This document shows, one piece after another, positions 10,380 through 21,200 of a stretch of DNA of 64,000 nucleotides. The first letter of the stretch is position 1. Every line of letters begins with the position of its first letter. The translations under genes were made by a program, and so were the position numbers. This DNA is from an uncultured Methanomicrobiales archaeon. Its GTDB lineage: Archaea; Halobacteriota; Methanomicrobia; Methanomicrobiales; Methanospirillaceae. The stretch covers positions 1,152,001 to 1,216,000 of the forward strand of contig OY969100.1 of NCBI GenBank assembly GCA_963697895.1. Direction: 5' to 3'. The notes beneath the pieces are model-generated. The model did no database searches. It had not been told where the DNA came from and saw only the letters and a list, made by a program, of their open reading frames with translations.

Positions 10380-11386
10380 GGTAATCTCCGAACAGGATAT
10401 CATAGGTCTGTCGTTCGATCCCCGTCCCGGCGATCCGCCGCATCAGGTCGGACCGGACCTGTTCCACGAGCTCCTCGGTGAGCACGACCGTGCGGTGGGC
10501 ATCGAAGAGGGGGAACGGGTACCCGGGGATCCGCCCGTCCCCGGAACAGGCCGCGAGACGGTCCATGATCCCCTGCACCCGTGCATCCGGTAGACCCGGG
10601 GGGAGTTCGATCTTCAGCGGGGACCGGGCACGCGGGTGCAGGCAGGCGATATACATCTGCCCGTGCTGCCACCGGGGGAACTGGGCGTGATCGAGGATGG
10701 CCGGGTCGATCCGGACCCACCAGGGGGCACGGATCTCCCGGGTGCTCTGCAAGCCCCTTGACGGAGGGGAGGACCGGGTGGCCGCCGCCCCAGGTCGCCG
10801 TCGTCCGCTTGCTCACCCCGGCGAGGTCGATGTCCCGGGCCCGGCAGGCCTCTTCGATCCGGACGAGCACCGGGTCGTGGCTCGCGTGGGAGACCCGCAA
10901 GGGACCGTCACGGAGGAGGAGGGCTCCCCGCTCGAGGTTTCCTGCCATCTGTTCGGCGATCCAGTACTCGAGCGTGTCCCGGAGGACCCCCGCCGTCCGG
11001 GTCCGGTCCTCGTTCCCGAGCGGGGTCCCCGGAGCCTCGCCGAAGCATTCACGGTACAGTTCGGGGAAGTCCCGGTTCTCCGCACCCGGGCCGATGATCG
11101 CGAACGTTAACGGCGAGAGAGACCTCCGGCCCCGTTTCCTCCCGTAAAAGGTGCTCTGGGCGGCCCGGAAGAGGACGAGTGCCATGCTCCCCGATTCGAT
11201 GAGGACGACGTTGGACCCGTCGACCGCACAGATCTCCCCGGACTCCTTCGGCGTGCAGGGGTGGAAATCTCCCGGGGATATCCCGCTCACGGCACCGAAC
11301 CGCTCGACCAGGTCCGCCGGGACCGTCTCCCGGATCCGGTTCGCAGCGGTGTCCACCGAACGGGCATAGTCCGGGTTATTTGGCAT
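10357..11386 (-). CDS. nurA: NurA 5'-3' nuclease (one +1 frameshift near 10743)
   Basis: AVDGS, LRDGPL, GVSKRT and GYPFPLFDAH motifs across two frames; lies between rad50 and herA. Confidence 0.9.
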
Positions 11387-11514
11387 TTAAGCAACCTCCG
11401 TTATTCTGCAGGGGAGGGCGAAATCCGGGTCGTTAGTCATCACGCAACCTCCTTTACCCTGATTGCGGGGTCGTGACCCTGGTCTTCCGGCATCACGCAA
11501 CCTCCTTTACCCTG
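11387..11514 (-). repeat. ~53-bp tandem triplication of the rad50/nurA junction encoding two 17-aa mini-ORFs
   Basis: Exact 24-mer catcacgcaacctcctttaccctg at 11438-11461 and 11491-11514, degenerate copy at about 11384-11408; ORFs 11440..11493 and 11387..11440. Confidence 0.85.
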
Positions 11515-13935
11515 CTTGCAAGGTCGCTCCCGATCTCGACCATGAGGGTGTTCGTGAACTCACCCTGCATCTCCGGGATGTGGGAGATCAGGACGATCTG
11601 GGGGAACCGGGACTCCTGTGTCCGCAGCGCGGTGAGGAGGTTTGTCCGCCGCTCCTCGTCCTGGCTCCCGAATATCTCGTCGAAGATGAGGAGCGTGCTC
11701 TCGTGCACCCGGTGGAGCTCCGCGAGGTACCGGGAGAGGGCGATCCGGAGGGCGACCGCGATATCGTCCTGTTCCCCGCCGCTGAACCGGTCGATCGGGT
11801 AGTCGTTGTCGATGTCCCGGACAAGGAGGTTGAAGTCCCCGTCGAGGAGGACCTGCTCGTACCGGCCCCCGGTGATCTCGCCGATGATCCGGCTCACTTC
11901 TCCCTCTATCCGGCTCCGGACGACCTGCATCAGGTAGAGCACGTACTCGCCGATGACCGTCCGGGTCAGCCGGAGGAGGTCGATCTCCTCTTTCAACGTC
12001 CCGACCTTCCGTTTCAGTCCGGCGATCTTTTCCTCGTCTCTCTCGTACTGGGCGATCTTCTCTCCGGTATGCCGGAGGCGTTCCGACGTCCTCGCGATCC
12101 CGGTCCCGACCGTACCGATGGCTGAATCTGTCTCCGCACGCAGTTGTTCGAGTCTCGCCCCGGCCTCCGGGTCGAAGGCGGACTGGTCGATCATGGCTTT
12201 GAGATGTACGAGTTCGCCCTGTTTCTCCGTTACCTGTCTGCCCAGGTCGGCGACCTGTGCCTTCAGCGCCGTACCGTGGGCGATCTGTTTCCCGAGCTCG
12301 ATGAAGCGTTTCTGGACCTTCTCCAGCCCGGCGACCTCCCGCTCTGTCTTCGTATACACCGCCTCGTCGTACCCGGTTTCGCGGATCCGGAGGCCGACGG
12401 ACTGCATCGCATCTTCCTTTGCCTGTAATTGTGCGAGCAGCTCCCGGAGATCGTCCTCAAGAACGGGCCTCGTCTTCAGCCTCTCGGAGATGCCCCGGAT
12501 CTCGTCGAGTGCCGGTTTCTGGTGGATAATCCGCTCCTTCTCGGCCGTCACAGCCTCCTGGTCCTCGAAGACCTGTAACCCCTCCTGCTCGATGCACTCG
12601 AGCCGGGAGGTAAACTCCTCCTCGATGCGGCCGAAATGGCTGCCGAGCGTCTGGCGGCAGAGGGGGCATACCCCGTCCTCCCCGGCGTCCTGTATCTTGT
12701 TCCAGTTGGCGAGCACCTTGTTCCTCTCGGAGACGAGCTGCTCCCGCCTTGCCGAGAGCGTCCCGATGGTGCCGAGGACCTCCGATTCCCTCGCCCGGAT
12801 CGCATGTTCCAGGCCGGTGTCCGGTACCCCGGGCCCGATCCCGAAGAGGCTCCTGATCCCCGCGAGCAGCGATGCGAGCCGTTCTTTGTCCCGGTCGAGG
12901 GCAGCGATCTTCGCCTTCTCCTTCTCCACCCTCGCGGTTAACGCGGCGCACTCCTGGCCGGCGAACCGCTGCTCGGCGGAGAGGCGCTCGAACTCCGCTT
13001 TTCGCCTCCGCAGTTCCTCGAGCGTCCGTTTCTTCTCTTCGCAGCCGGGAACTTCACGCTCGAGTTCCCGGTACTCCTGTTCCTTTCCGGCAAGGTCTGC
13101 CAGTTGTGCCGTAATCTGGTCCCGCTGCCGGACGAGTCCCCCGCTCTCGACCGTAACCGCCCGGTGCCATTCGACGAGACGGGTATACTCGGTCTTCTGC
13201 TCGAAGAACTGCTGCAGCCCGGCGGCGACCTGTTTTTTCTTCCCGTCGAGGGCTTCGTGCTGCTTCTCCAGCTCCCGGATCGCGGCCTGGTCCGTGGCGA
13301 CCGATGCCTGCAGGTTCTTCAGCACTTCGGGGTCCTGCCGCTCCGCGAGTCCTTTCAGTTCCCCTTCGAGGAGCTGGAGCTCCCGGTCCTTCGCATCGAC
13401 CCGCTCTTTCAGGAGCCTGTCACTCTCCGTCTTCAGGTAGTCGATACCGAGCGCCCGGAGGAACCATTCCTTCCGCTTTCCCGGGCGTGTTCTCGAGGAG
13501 GGTGAGGAGGTCTTTCTGGGCCGCATAGACCGTGTTCCGGAAATCGACCGGCCCCATCCCGAGCACCCGACGGACCTCGGTCTCCACCTGGCTCACCCCG
13601 GTCGCCCGGAGCTTCCCGCCCGCGTGAAACGTCGCGTCGTGCTGGGTCGCGGACTTCGTCTTCCGGAACGTCCGGAGGACCGTGTACTCGTCCCCGCCGA
13701 TCCGGAAGTCCAGCCGGACCTCGCACTTCTCCTTCGGGGACGCAAACGAGGAGACGATGTAATCCGAGGATATCCCCGTCGCCTGCACCCCATAGAGGGC
13801 AAAGAAGATCGCCTCCACGATACTGCTCTTCCCCGTCCCGTTATTCCCGAGGATTCCCGTGATCCCGTCCCTGAACCGGATCTCCTGGTCCCGGAACCGC
13901 TTGAAATTCTTGAGGCAGATCCGGTCGATGATCAT
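11493..13935 (-). CDS. rad50: Rad50/SbcC SMC-like ATPase (one +1 frameshift near 13478)
   Basis: LKNFKRF, GNNGTGKSS Walker A, coiled coil with CPLC zinc hook, FSGGE signature, LIFDE Walker B, ISH; ATGA overlap with mre11. Confidence 0.92.
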
Positions 13936-15107
13936 TCTGCATCCTCCCGGTGCTGGTCCATGACCGTCCGGAGCACGTCGAGGCCGCACCGTGCGACGTA
14001 CTCCTTCTGCTTCGCACTGATCTGCTGTTTCTCCAGGAAAGACGAGAACTCCTGCAGGTAATCGATCGCCCGCACGTCCTGCTGGAGCGGGACGACATCC
14101 CCGCCCTGATCCCGGGAAGGCTGACGGATCTTCAGGTCGAGGAGCTGTTCCCGCACGCAGGCAAGGTCCCGCATATCGATTCCCTTCCCGTGCTCCCGCG
14201 AGATCCCGTCGAGCGTCACCTGGGCCATCGCAAGCGGAGGCACTCTCTTTTCCGCGACCCGGGAGACGATCTCGGCGGTGATATCCTGCGGGTGCACCCC
14301 TTCGCAGGAGATCGTCCCCAGGTCGACCATCGGGGTCCGGGGGAGTTCGAGGGGGCGGACACCCGCAGGTCTCCGGCAGTTTTCACCCGGGGTGCACTTA
14401 TCCAGGTCGACGAGGAGACCGCCCTTCGCATCGGAGATCTCGCCGTAGGTCAGGTATTCCATCGACCCCGAGTACCAGGCATTGCCGGTGATCTGCGACT
14501 GCCGGTGGTAATGCCCGAGTGCGATATAGTCGAACCGGTCCGAGAGGATGGTATTGTCCAGCTCGTGCTCCGCCACCGTCGCGAGCCGCTTGTCCTTGAT
14601 CGCGGTCGCGAGCCCGTGCGTCACGAGCACGTTATGATGGTCCCGGGAGAGTTCGACCTGGTCGTACGCGGCCCGGTAATCCTCGGGCCGGAGCATGTTC
14701 GGGATCAGGTGGAAGACCGTATCCCCGATCTCCACGTTCTCGTACCGGAACGAGTAGGCCGCGGTGATATGCCCCGGATGATAGGTCAGCACGGCAAAGG
14801 GGGAGGTTGTGTACCGGGTCTTCACCATGCTGTGGTTCCCCGCGATGACCACGAACGGGATCCCCGCGTTATGGAGCCGTTCGAGCGCTTCGAGGACCGT
14901 CGTATATGCCCGGGTCTTCGGCTTCACCTGGTCGAAGAGGTCCCCTGCATGGACGAGCACGTCGGGTTTCTCTGCGATGATCCGCTCGATCGCCGAGAGA
15001 AAATTGTCATAGATCTGCTTCTCGCGGAGGTTCATCCCGGATTCCGGGTCGAGCCGGTTGAACTGCGAGAGGCCGAGGTGGGTATCGGCGATGTGGACGA
15101 CGTGCAT
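13932..15107 (-). CDS. mre11: Mre11/SbcD nuclease
   Basis: HIADTHLG, AGDLFD, GNH and ALGHYH phosphoesterase motifs; first gene of the repair operon. Confidence 0.92.
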   Translation of the reverse strand: MHVVHIADTHLGLSQFNRLDPESGMNLREKQIYDNFLSAIERIIAEKPDVLVHAGDLFDQVKPKTRAYTTVLEALERLHNAGIPFVVIAGNHSMVKTRYTTSPFAVLTYHPGHITAAYSFRYENVEIGDTVFHLIPNMLRPEDYRAAYDQVELSRDHHNVLVTHGLATAIKDKRLATVAEHELDNTILSDRFDYIALGHYHRQSQITGNAWYSGSMEYLTYGEISDAKGGLLVDLDKCTPGENCRRPAGVRPLELPRTPMVDLGTISCEGVHPQDITAEIVSRVAEKRVPPLAMAQVTLDGISREHGKGIDMRDLACVREQLLDLKIRQPSRDQGGDVVPLQQDVRAIDYLQEFSSFLEKQQISAKQKEYVARCGLDVLRTVMDQHREDAE

Positions 15108-15312
15108 CGGTAGTACTCTTGTATTGCTTTTGTCGGAGAGTGATATAAGCTGGGGTGGGTGGGGTGAAACTGGTTCGCTGAAGAGGGTTTTTTTATTTCT
15201 TTACCATGAACAGACCCCATGCCAATTAAGACCGGATAACGGAGAAAGGACAGGATCATCCTCATCCCAATCGGGGAAAAAACTACTCTGTACACTCCGC
15301 AACTGAGTGCCT

Positions 15313-15422
15313 GATACACAGTTCGTTGTCGTGGAGGTCTCATCCCAGGTTTTCATCAGTCTCGTCCATCCTCATACCTCCTCCAGATAAACAGTTCTTT
15401 GTCGTGGAGGTCTCATTCCAGG
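15313..15422. repeat. two 37-bp direct repeats (34/37 identical) separated by a 36-bp unique spacer; CRISPR-like geometry
   Basis: gatacacagttcgttgtcgtggaggtctcatcccagg (15313-15349) and gataaacagttctttgtcgtggaggtctcattccagg (15386-15422). Confidence 0.75.
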
Positions 15423-15638
15423 CCGTGCGCAGAATTCCATAAGGGTCACGTACCGCTCCTGGATCCCGGTCTCCCCCGGCGCTGTCACTGCTTTAATCCT
15501 GTTTCTTTGATTTTTGATCATTCCCTGCTTCACCGATAAGGCGGTAGATCATACCCGTCCCGGGCCGGAATTGCCCGGAACCGGTGGATCAATTTATGGG
15601 GAATTCACCCGAACACTCAGGAGATCGGGAGGGGATTC

Positions 15639-17072
15639 ATGGAACTGTATCCGGTCATCATCGGGGGATCCCGGACATACACCAAGGAGATCGCGGACGT
15701 GCGATTCCCGTTTACCGGTGAATTGTATGCCCGGGTCTGCCAGGCGGGTCCTGCCGAGCTGGACGAAGCGGTCGCGGCGGCGTGTCGGGGGTTTGAGAAA
15801 ACAAAGAGACTGTCATCATTCGAGCGTTCGCGGATCTTATCGAACCTTGCCGACGGGATTCGTGAGCGGTCCGATGAGTTGATCGACGTGATCGTGATGG
15901 AGGGGGGCAAGACCCGGAAATTTGCAGCAAGCGAGGTCACCCGGGCCGAGAGCACGGTCAGAATATCGGCCGAGGAGGCGAAACGGGTGACCGGGGAGAT
16001 CATCCCCCTCGACTGGACCGAGGATTCGCACGGTAAGGTGGGGTATCTTATGAGATTCCCGATCGGACCGGTACTCGGAATCGTTCCTTTCAATTACCCT
16101 CTTAACCTGGCCTGCCACAAGCTCGCCCCTGCGATCGCGGCAGGGAATTCCATCATTTTAAAGCCATCATCCGCCACCCCGGTTTCATGTCTCCTTCTGG
16201 GCGAGATGGCGCTCGCAGCGGGGGCGCCTCCGGAATCGATCAGCATCGTGCCCTGTATCGGCGAACGAGCCGAACGTCTTGCGGCTGATCCCCGGATTGC
16301 ATACCTCTCGTTCACCGGCAGCTGCGCGGTCGGCTGGCATTTACGGGAGATCGCAGGGAGGAAGAAGGTGGGCCTCGAGCTCGGCGGGAACGCGGCGGTG
16401 ATCGTGCACGAGGACGCCGACCTCGATCTCGCAGCGGGACGGATTGCAACGGGAGGATTCGCCAATGCCGGACAGGTCTGCATCTCGGTGCAGAGGGTAC
16501 TCATTCACCGCCCGGTGTACGAGTTCTTCGTCCTGAAGTGCCTTGAGGCGGTCAGGTCGCTCCGTACTGGCGACCCCCGGGACCCAGGATCCGATATCGG
16601 GCCGATGATCTCCCGGGAGAAGGCCAAAGAAGCACGGGAAAAGGTCGACGAGGCGGTCCGGCAGGGCGCCAGTCTCCTCGCGGGGGGGACGCGGGAAGGA
16701 AACCTCTTTGCGCCAACGGTCCTAGCCGGGACGACAGCGGAGATGCGGGTGAACCGAGAGGAGATCTTTGCTCCCGTCATTTCTCTCACCGTCTACGACG
16801 ACTTTTCCGAAGCACTCCGGATCGCGAATTCAGGAGACTATGGCCTCCAGGTCGGCATCTTCACGCAGAATATCGAACGGGTTATGCGTGCATTCGAGGG
16901 GATGGATGTCGGGGGTGTGATCGTGAACGATATCCCGACGTTCCGGGCCGATCACATGCCTTACGGCGGAGTCAAGGCCTCAGGCACCGGCCGGGAGGGG
17001 CCGCGGTACGCGATCGAGGAGATGACCGAGCCCCGGCTGATGGTGATAAACCGGGCCGGGTGCAGGGAGTGA
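15639..17072 (+). CDS. NAD(P)-dependent aldehyde dehydrogenase (lactaldehyde dehydrogenase/GAPN-like)
   Basis: PFNYPLNL, FTGS, LELGGNAA, GQVCISVQR, EEIFAPV and PYGGVKASG motifs. Confidence 0.92.
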   Translation: MELYPVIIGGSRTYTKEIADVRFPFTGELYARVCQAGPAELDEAVAAACRGFEKTKRLSSFERSRILSNLADGIRERSDELIDVIVMEGGKTRKFAASEVTRAESTVRISAEEAKRVTGEIIPLDWTEDSHGKVGYLMRFPIGPVLGIVPFNYPLNLACHKLAPAIAAGNSIILKPSSATPVSCLLLGEMALAAGAPPESISIVPCIGERAERLAADPRIAYLSFTGSCAVGWHLREIAGRKKVGLELGGNAAVIVHEDADLDLAAGRIATGGFANAGQVCISVQRVLIHRPVYEFFVLKCLEAVRSLRTGDPRDPGSDIGPMISREKAKEAREKVDEAVRQGASLLAGGTREGNLFAPTVLAGTTAEMRVNREEIFAPVISLTVYDDFSEALRIANSGDYGLQVGIFTQNIERVMRAFEGMDVGGVIVNDIPTFRADHMPYGGVKASGTGREGPRYAIEEMTEPRLMVINRAGCRE

Positions 17073-17217
17073 TCGCTCCGCCTCCGGATCATCGGAAGAA
17101 GGCAGGGACCATCCCGGGTCACCGGTGAAACAGGAAAGACCGGTGAGTGACAGAATGCAGGTAAGAGATATTCTGGCGCCTGATTTATATCCGGAAGGGT
17201 CCTCAAACAGAAAACAT

Positions 17218-17251
17218 ATATGTAAAGTCATGTAAAATATACTTTACATAT
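17218..17251. promoter_or_regulatory. palindromic operator candidate
   Basis: ATATGTAAAGT-N12-ACTTTACATAT, a perfect 11-bp inverted repeat just downstream of a TTTATAT box at about 17184. Confidence 0.55.
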
Positions 17252-17299
17252 TGTATGTTTCCGGGAGGATCCGATCCGGCGACAACAGGGTGTTTGGGT

Positions 17300-18671
17300 A
17301 TGAAAATCGCATCTTCTCTCATCTGTCTCGTGCTTCTCATCTCATGCGTGGCGTTCGCAACGGCAGCCGACACGACAGCGGGCACGAGTTCCAGTACCAG
17401 TACCACTTCCAGTACTGAAGCCGCCCTGGCAGCAGCATCCCAGGTATATGTCTCGGGGGTCGAACTCGATCCACCGGTATTCTACCCCGGTGAACCCGGC
17501 ACGATCACGGTCCACGTGACGAATGCCGGTACCCAGACCGTTACCCTCGGGGATCCGGCCATCATCGATCCGAACCTGAAGGTGTACACCAAAAATTCGT
17601 TCCAGGCCAAAACAAATATCGGACCGGGATCTACCGTGAATTTTATTTTTCTTGCCACCGTGAACGCAGGAGAGGGCAAGAACACCTATTTCCCGTTCTT
17701 TACCGTTTCCCCCACGGTCGGGGACTCCATTCACGCCTCATTCAAACTCGTGATCCGATTCCCGGGAGATCCAGGCGAGCATCTCGAGTAAACCGGATGC
17801 ATTTACCCTTTCAAATCCCGGGACGGTCAACCTGAGCATCGTGAATCCCCGTGACGGTGCGTTGAAGAACATCATGATCACCGCGGAAGGTCCCGGCCTC
17901 CAGGTATCCCCGTCGAAAAAATTTGTCAGTTCCCTGGATGCAAGTGAGGCCGTCGAACTGCCCTTCTCGGTCACTCCCGACCCAGGAATCGGATCTCACC
18001 TTCACGATAAGTTACCAGGGAGGCGATACGACCCATTCGACCGAGGTTGTCCTCCCCGATCACCCTCGGCGACGATAAAACGGCTGCGGTGCCGGTGATC
18101 AACAATGTCGCGCTCACCTCCCGGGGGACCTATTATGATATCACCGGGGACGTGACGAATGCCGGCATATCGGATGCAAAAGGCCTCGTCATCGTGGTCG
18201 GTTCTCCGGCCGAAGGAACGGGAAAATACCCGGAATATGCGATAGGCAGCCTTGCAGCGGATGACTCCTCCAGCTTCGAACTGACCTTCACGGCCCCGGA
18301 TCTCTCGCGGGTCCCGATCGTCCTCCACTGGAAGGATAGTTACGGGAATAACTATGCCGCGAACAAGACGCTCGACCTCCGATCGGATACCGCTTCGTCC
18401 GGCGCAACTGCCGGGACTTCGGTATCCTCCGGGAGGACTTCCGGGAATACGTCCGGTACATACTTATACCGGCCCCGGGGGAAATACGCCGGGAAGGGCC
18501 CCCGGGAGCGGAAGCATTCTCGGGATCGGCGGGAGCAGGGGGAACGGCATGAGCGCCTTTTACCCGGTCATTGCGGGAGGGGTCATCCTTGTCGTCGCGA
18601 TCGTCCTCTATGTGAAACGGAAACCGATCAAGGCAAAGATCGCCGGCATGAAACGGAAACCGAACCAGTGA
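17300..18671 (+). CDS. COG1361 S-layer-domain protein (about four +1 frameshifts: ~17756, ~17981, ~18057, ~18463)
   Basis: Signal peptide, repeated Ig-like modules (TVHVTNAG, GDVTNAG, IGSLAADDSSSFELTF), C-terminal TM plus basic tail; precedes an ABC ATPase and permease. Confidence 0.8.
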
Positions 18672-18682
18672 CGGGTTTCAGA

Positions 18683-19363
18683 ATGAGTACCAGCCCCCTT
18701 ATCCGGCTTGACGACGTCAGCAAGATCTATCACCTCGAGAGCGGGGATGTCTTTGCGCTGGACCATGTCTCGCTCGAGATCGGAGAGAACGAATTCGTCG
18801 CGATCATGGGACCCTCGGGATCCGGGAAGTCCACGCTGATGAACCATCTCGGGATCCTGGACGTCCCGACGAGCGGGGTCGTGTCCATCGCGGGAAGGGA
18901 TGTCGCATCGATGACCACGCTCGAACGGACCCACATGCGGCGGGATATCATCGGCTACATCTTCCAGAAATTTTACTTAATCCCCCTCCTTTCGGCCTAC
19001 GAGAACGTGGAGTACCCGCTCATCCTGAAATACAAGAAGAGGGATACTTCGGGCAGGGCCAGGGAATTCCTCGATTCCGTGGGGATCGACGAGGCGATGA
19101 GCGCCCACCGCCCGAACCAGCTCTCCGGCGGGCAGCAGCAGCGGGTCGCGATCGCGAGGGCCCTCGTGAACGATCCGAAGATCCTCCTCTGCGACGAACC
19201 GACCGGGAACCTCGACCGGAAGACCGGCCGCCAGATCATGGATATCCTCGTGCACCTGCACGAGACGGGAAAGACGGTGATCCTCGTCACCCATGACCCG
19301 AAGCTGGCAGACTACGCCCAGCGGACGATCGAGCTCGAGGACGGGAGGATTGCCGCATCATGA
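18683..19363 (+). CDS. ABC transporter ATP-binding protein (LolD/MacB type)
   Basis: GPSGSGKST, LSGGQQQRVAIARAL, LCDEPTGNLD, VTHD. Confidence 0.95.
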   Translation: MSTSPLIRLDDVSKIYHLESGDVFALDHVSLEIGENEFVAIMGPSGSGKSTLMNHLGILDVPTSGVVSIAGRDVASMTTLERTHMRRDIIGYIFQKFYLIPLLSAYENVEYPLILKYKKRDTSGRAREFLDSVGIDEAMSAHRPNQLSGGQQQRVAIARALVNDPKILLCDEPTGNLDRKTGRQIMDILVHLHETGKTVILVTHDPKLADYAQRTIELEDGRIAAS

Positions 19364-20562
19364 AGGACATCTTCCTCGACCTGTCGGTACGGAGCGTCCG
19401 GCGGAATTTCCTCCGGTCCGTCCTCGCATCGATCGGCATCGTGATCGGTGTCGTCGCGATATCGGCGATGGGGATGCTCGGGGCCAACATGCAGCTCCAG
19501 GTGAAGAGCGAGCTCTCCTCGAACGCGAACACGATCGTCATCTCGCCCGGACACCGTGCGGATGGGCCCGCCGGGCACGTTCATCTTCTCCCAGTCCTCC
19601 TCCGCGAACGGGATCACGAAGAGCCAGCTCACCCAGATCCGGAACGCGGTCGGGTCCGACGGTGCCGTGATCCCGATCATGTCGAACAGTACCCAGTACA
19701 TCATCAATTCGCTCCCGGGCAGGGGATCCCTCTATGCCCTGGACCCGAACGACATCCCGAAGTTCCTCACCGTCGCTGACGGGACGAACATCGTGAATGA
19801 CAACGATGCCCTCGTCGGGGCGACGATCGCAGCGAACTTCGACGTCAAACCGGGACGCGGATCCAGCTCGGGTCGTCTTCCGACTCCACCCTCCCGGTCC
19901 TCAGGGTTGCCGGGATCCTGGAAGCACGCGGTACCTCGTCGGACAACATCAACGCGGACAACGCGATCATCGTCTCCAAGAGCTGGTACACCGACCAGTT
20001 CAGCACGCCGGACTACTCCCAGGTGAACGTGATCGTGAACGACATCGACACCATCAACGCGACCGAGATGGCGATCGGTGCGAAGCTGAACACGAAGAAG
20101 GATGTCGTCCGGATCGCCGATGCGAGTTCCCGGCTCTCCTCCATAACCTCGACGATCGGCACGCTCTCGTCGATGATGATGGCGATCGGCGCGATATCCC
20201 TGGTCGTCGCGGCCGTGAGCATCTTCAACGTCATGATGATGTCGGTGAACGAACGCGTCCAGGAGATCGGCATCCTGCTCTCCATCGGGACAGAGAAGGG
20301 CGAGGTCCGCCGCATGTTCCTCTACGAGGCAGTCATTCTCGGCATCGTCGGGGGAGGCGTCGGGGCGATCGCGAGTTTCGCCATCGGCTTTTCCGTGGTG
20401 AGCGCCCTCCTCGGTACGACGGCATACTTCTTCCTCTGGGAAAACCTGATCTACCTCCCCATCGGGATGGTCGTGGGTATCGCGGTCTGCGTCCTCTCGG
20501 GGCTCTATCCGGCCTGGAGGGCATCGAACATGGACCCGATCGATGCGCTGAGGGCGGAATGA
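19360..20562 (+). CDS. MacB/FtsX family ABC permease (frameshifts near 19549 and 19851)
   Basis: RSVLASIGIVIGV N-terminus; SVNERVQEIGILLSIG and YPAWRASNMDPIDALR C-terminus. Confidence 0.88.
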
Positions 20563-20608
20563 AACTCCACCCTTCTTTACCTTACGAATCTATTTTTCCA
20601 ATACTACA

Positions 20609-20998
20609 ATGAAATCCGGAACACCCGCTCATCCGATGATACTTTCAAGATCCGATATCCTGTACTCGGACCGCCTTGTCGAGATATTGGAAAAAGGGAT
20701 CCTGTTCCGGAAGTACTACCTCCCCATACTGTCCGCCAGGTTCGTCCCTTTTTCCGAGATCAACCATATAGATGTCAGGATGCCGATGATCACCACGGGA
20801 AAATGGCGGATCGGCGGGACGGGGTCCCCCTTTAGCATCTGGTTCCCGTTCGACTGGCACCGCCCATCTCGTGACCGGATCTTCCGGGCCGCCCTGAAAA
20901 ACGGGACGGCGATCGGCTTCACCGTCGAGGACTCTGCCAGGGTGATCGATATTCTCAGGAGGCTGGGTATGATCGGCATGGACGAGACGGCAATATGA
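20609..20998 (+). CDS. hypothetical protein
   Basis: 129-aa ORF with ordinary composition and a KWRIGGTG...WFPFDW motif; function unknown. Confidence 0.6.
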   Translation: MKSGTPAHPMILSRSDILYSDRLVEILEKGILFRKYYLPILSARFVPFSEINHIDVRMPMITTGKWRIGGTGSPFSIWFPFDWHRPSRDRIFRAALKNGTAIGFTVEDSARVIDILRRLGMIGMDETAI

Positions 20999-21200
20999 TC
21001 TGGGATGAAAGAAGGGGTTTTCTGATCACCGCACGGTTTCGGGCCTGCGTTATTCAACATTTGGCAATGGCGGTTCCGGCAAGGCGAATATCCCGTAGTT
21101 TATAAAAGAAATAGCGTATCATTTTCATATCGCAACACAGCTCCGTGCTATTTATCTGTCACAGTCGTGAATGATTGAAATATCAAGAGGCCATAGAAAA

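Noticed and set aside
15151-15165. G-quadruplex in GGGGTGGGTGGGG upstream of mre11 and its copy
   Set aside because: Only three G-runs of three or more; a fourth is missing.
15313-15422. Calling this a functional CRISPR array
   Set aside because: Only two repeats, no leader or cas genes seen, and no canonical GAAAC end; kept as a repeat and a finding.
18047-19363. Apparent fusion of an S-layer domain to an ABC ATPase (438-aa ORF)
   Set aside because: A +1 frameshift near 18463 carries the frame into the next gene; the S-layer gene ends at 18671 and the ATPase starts at 18683.
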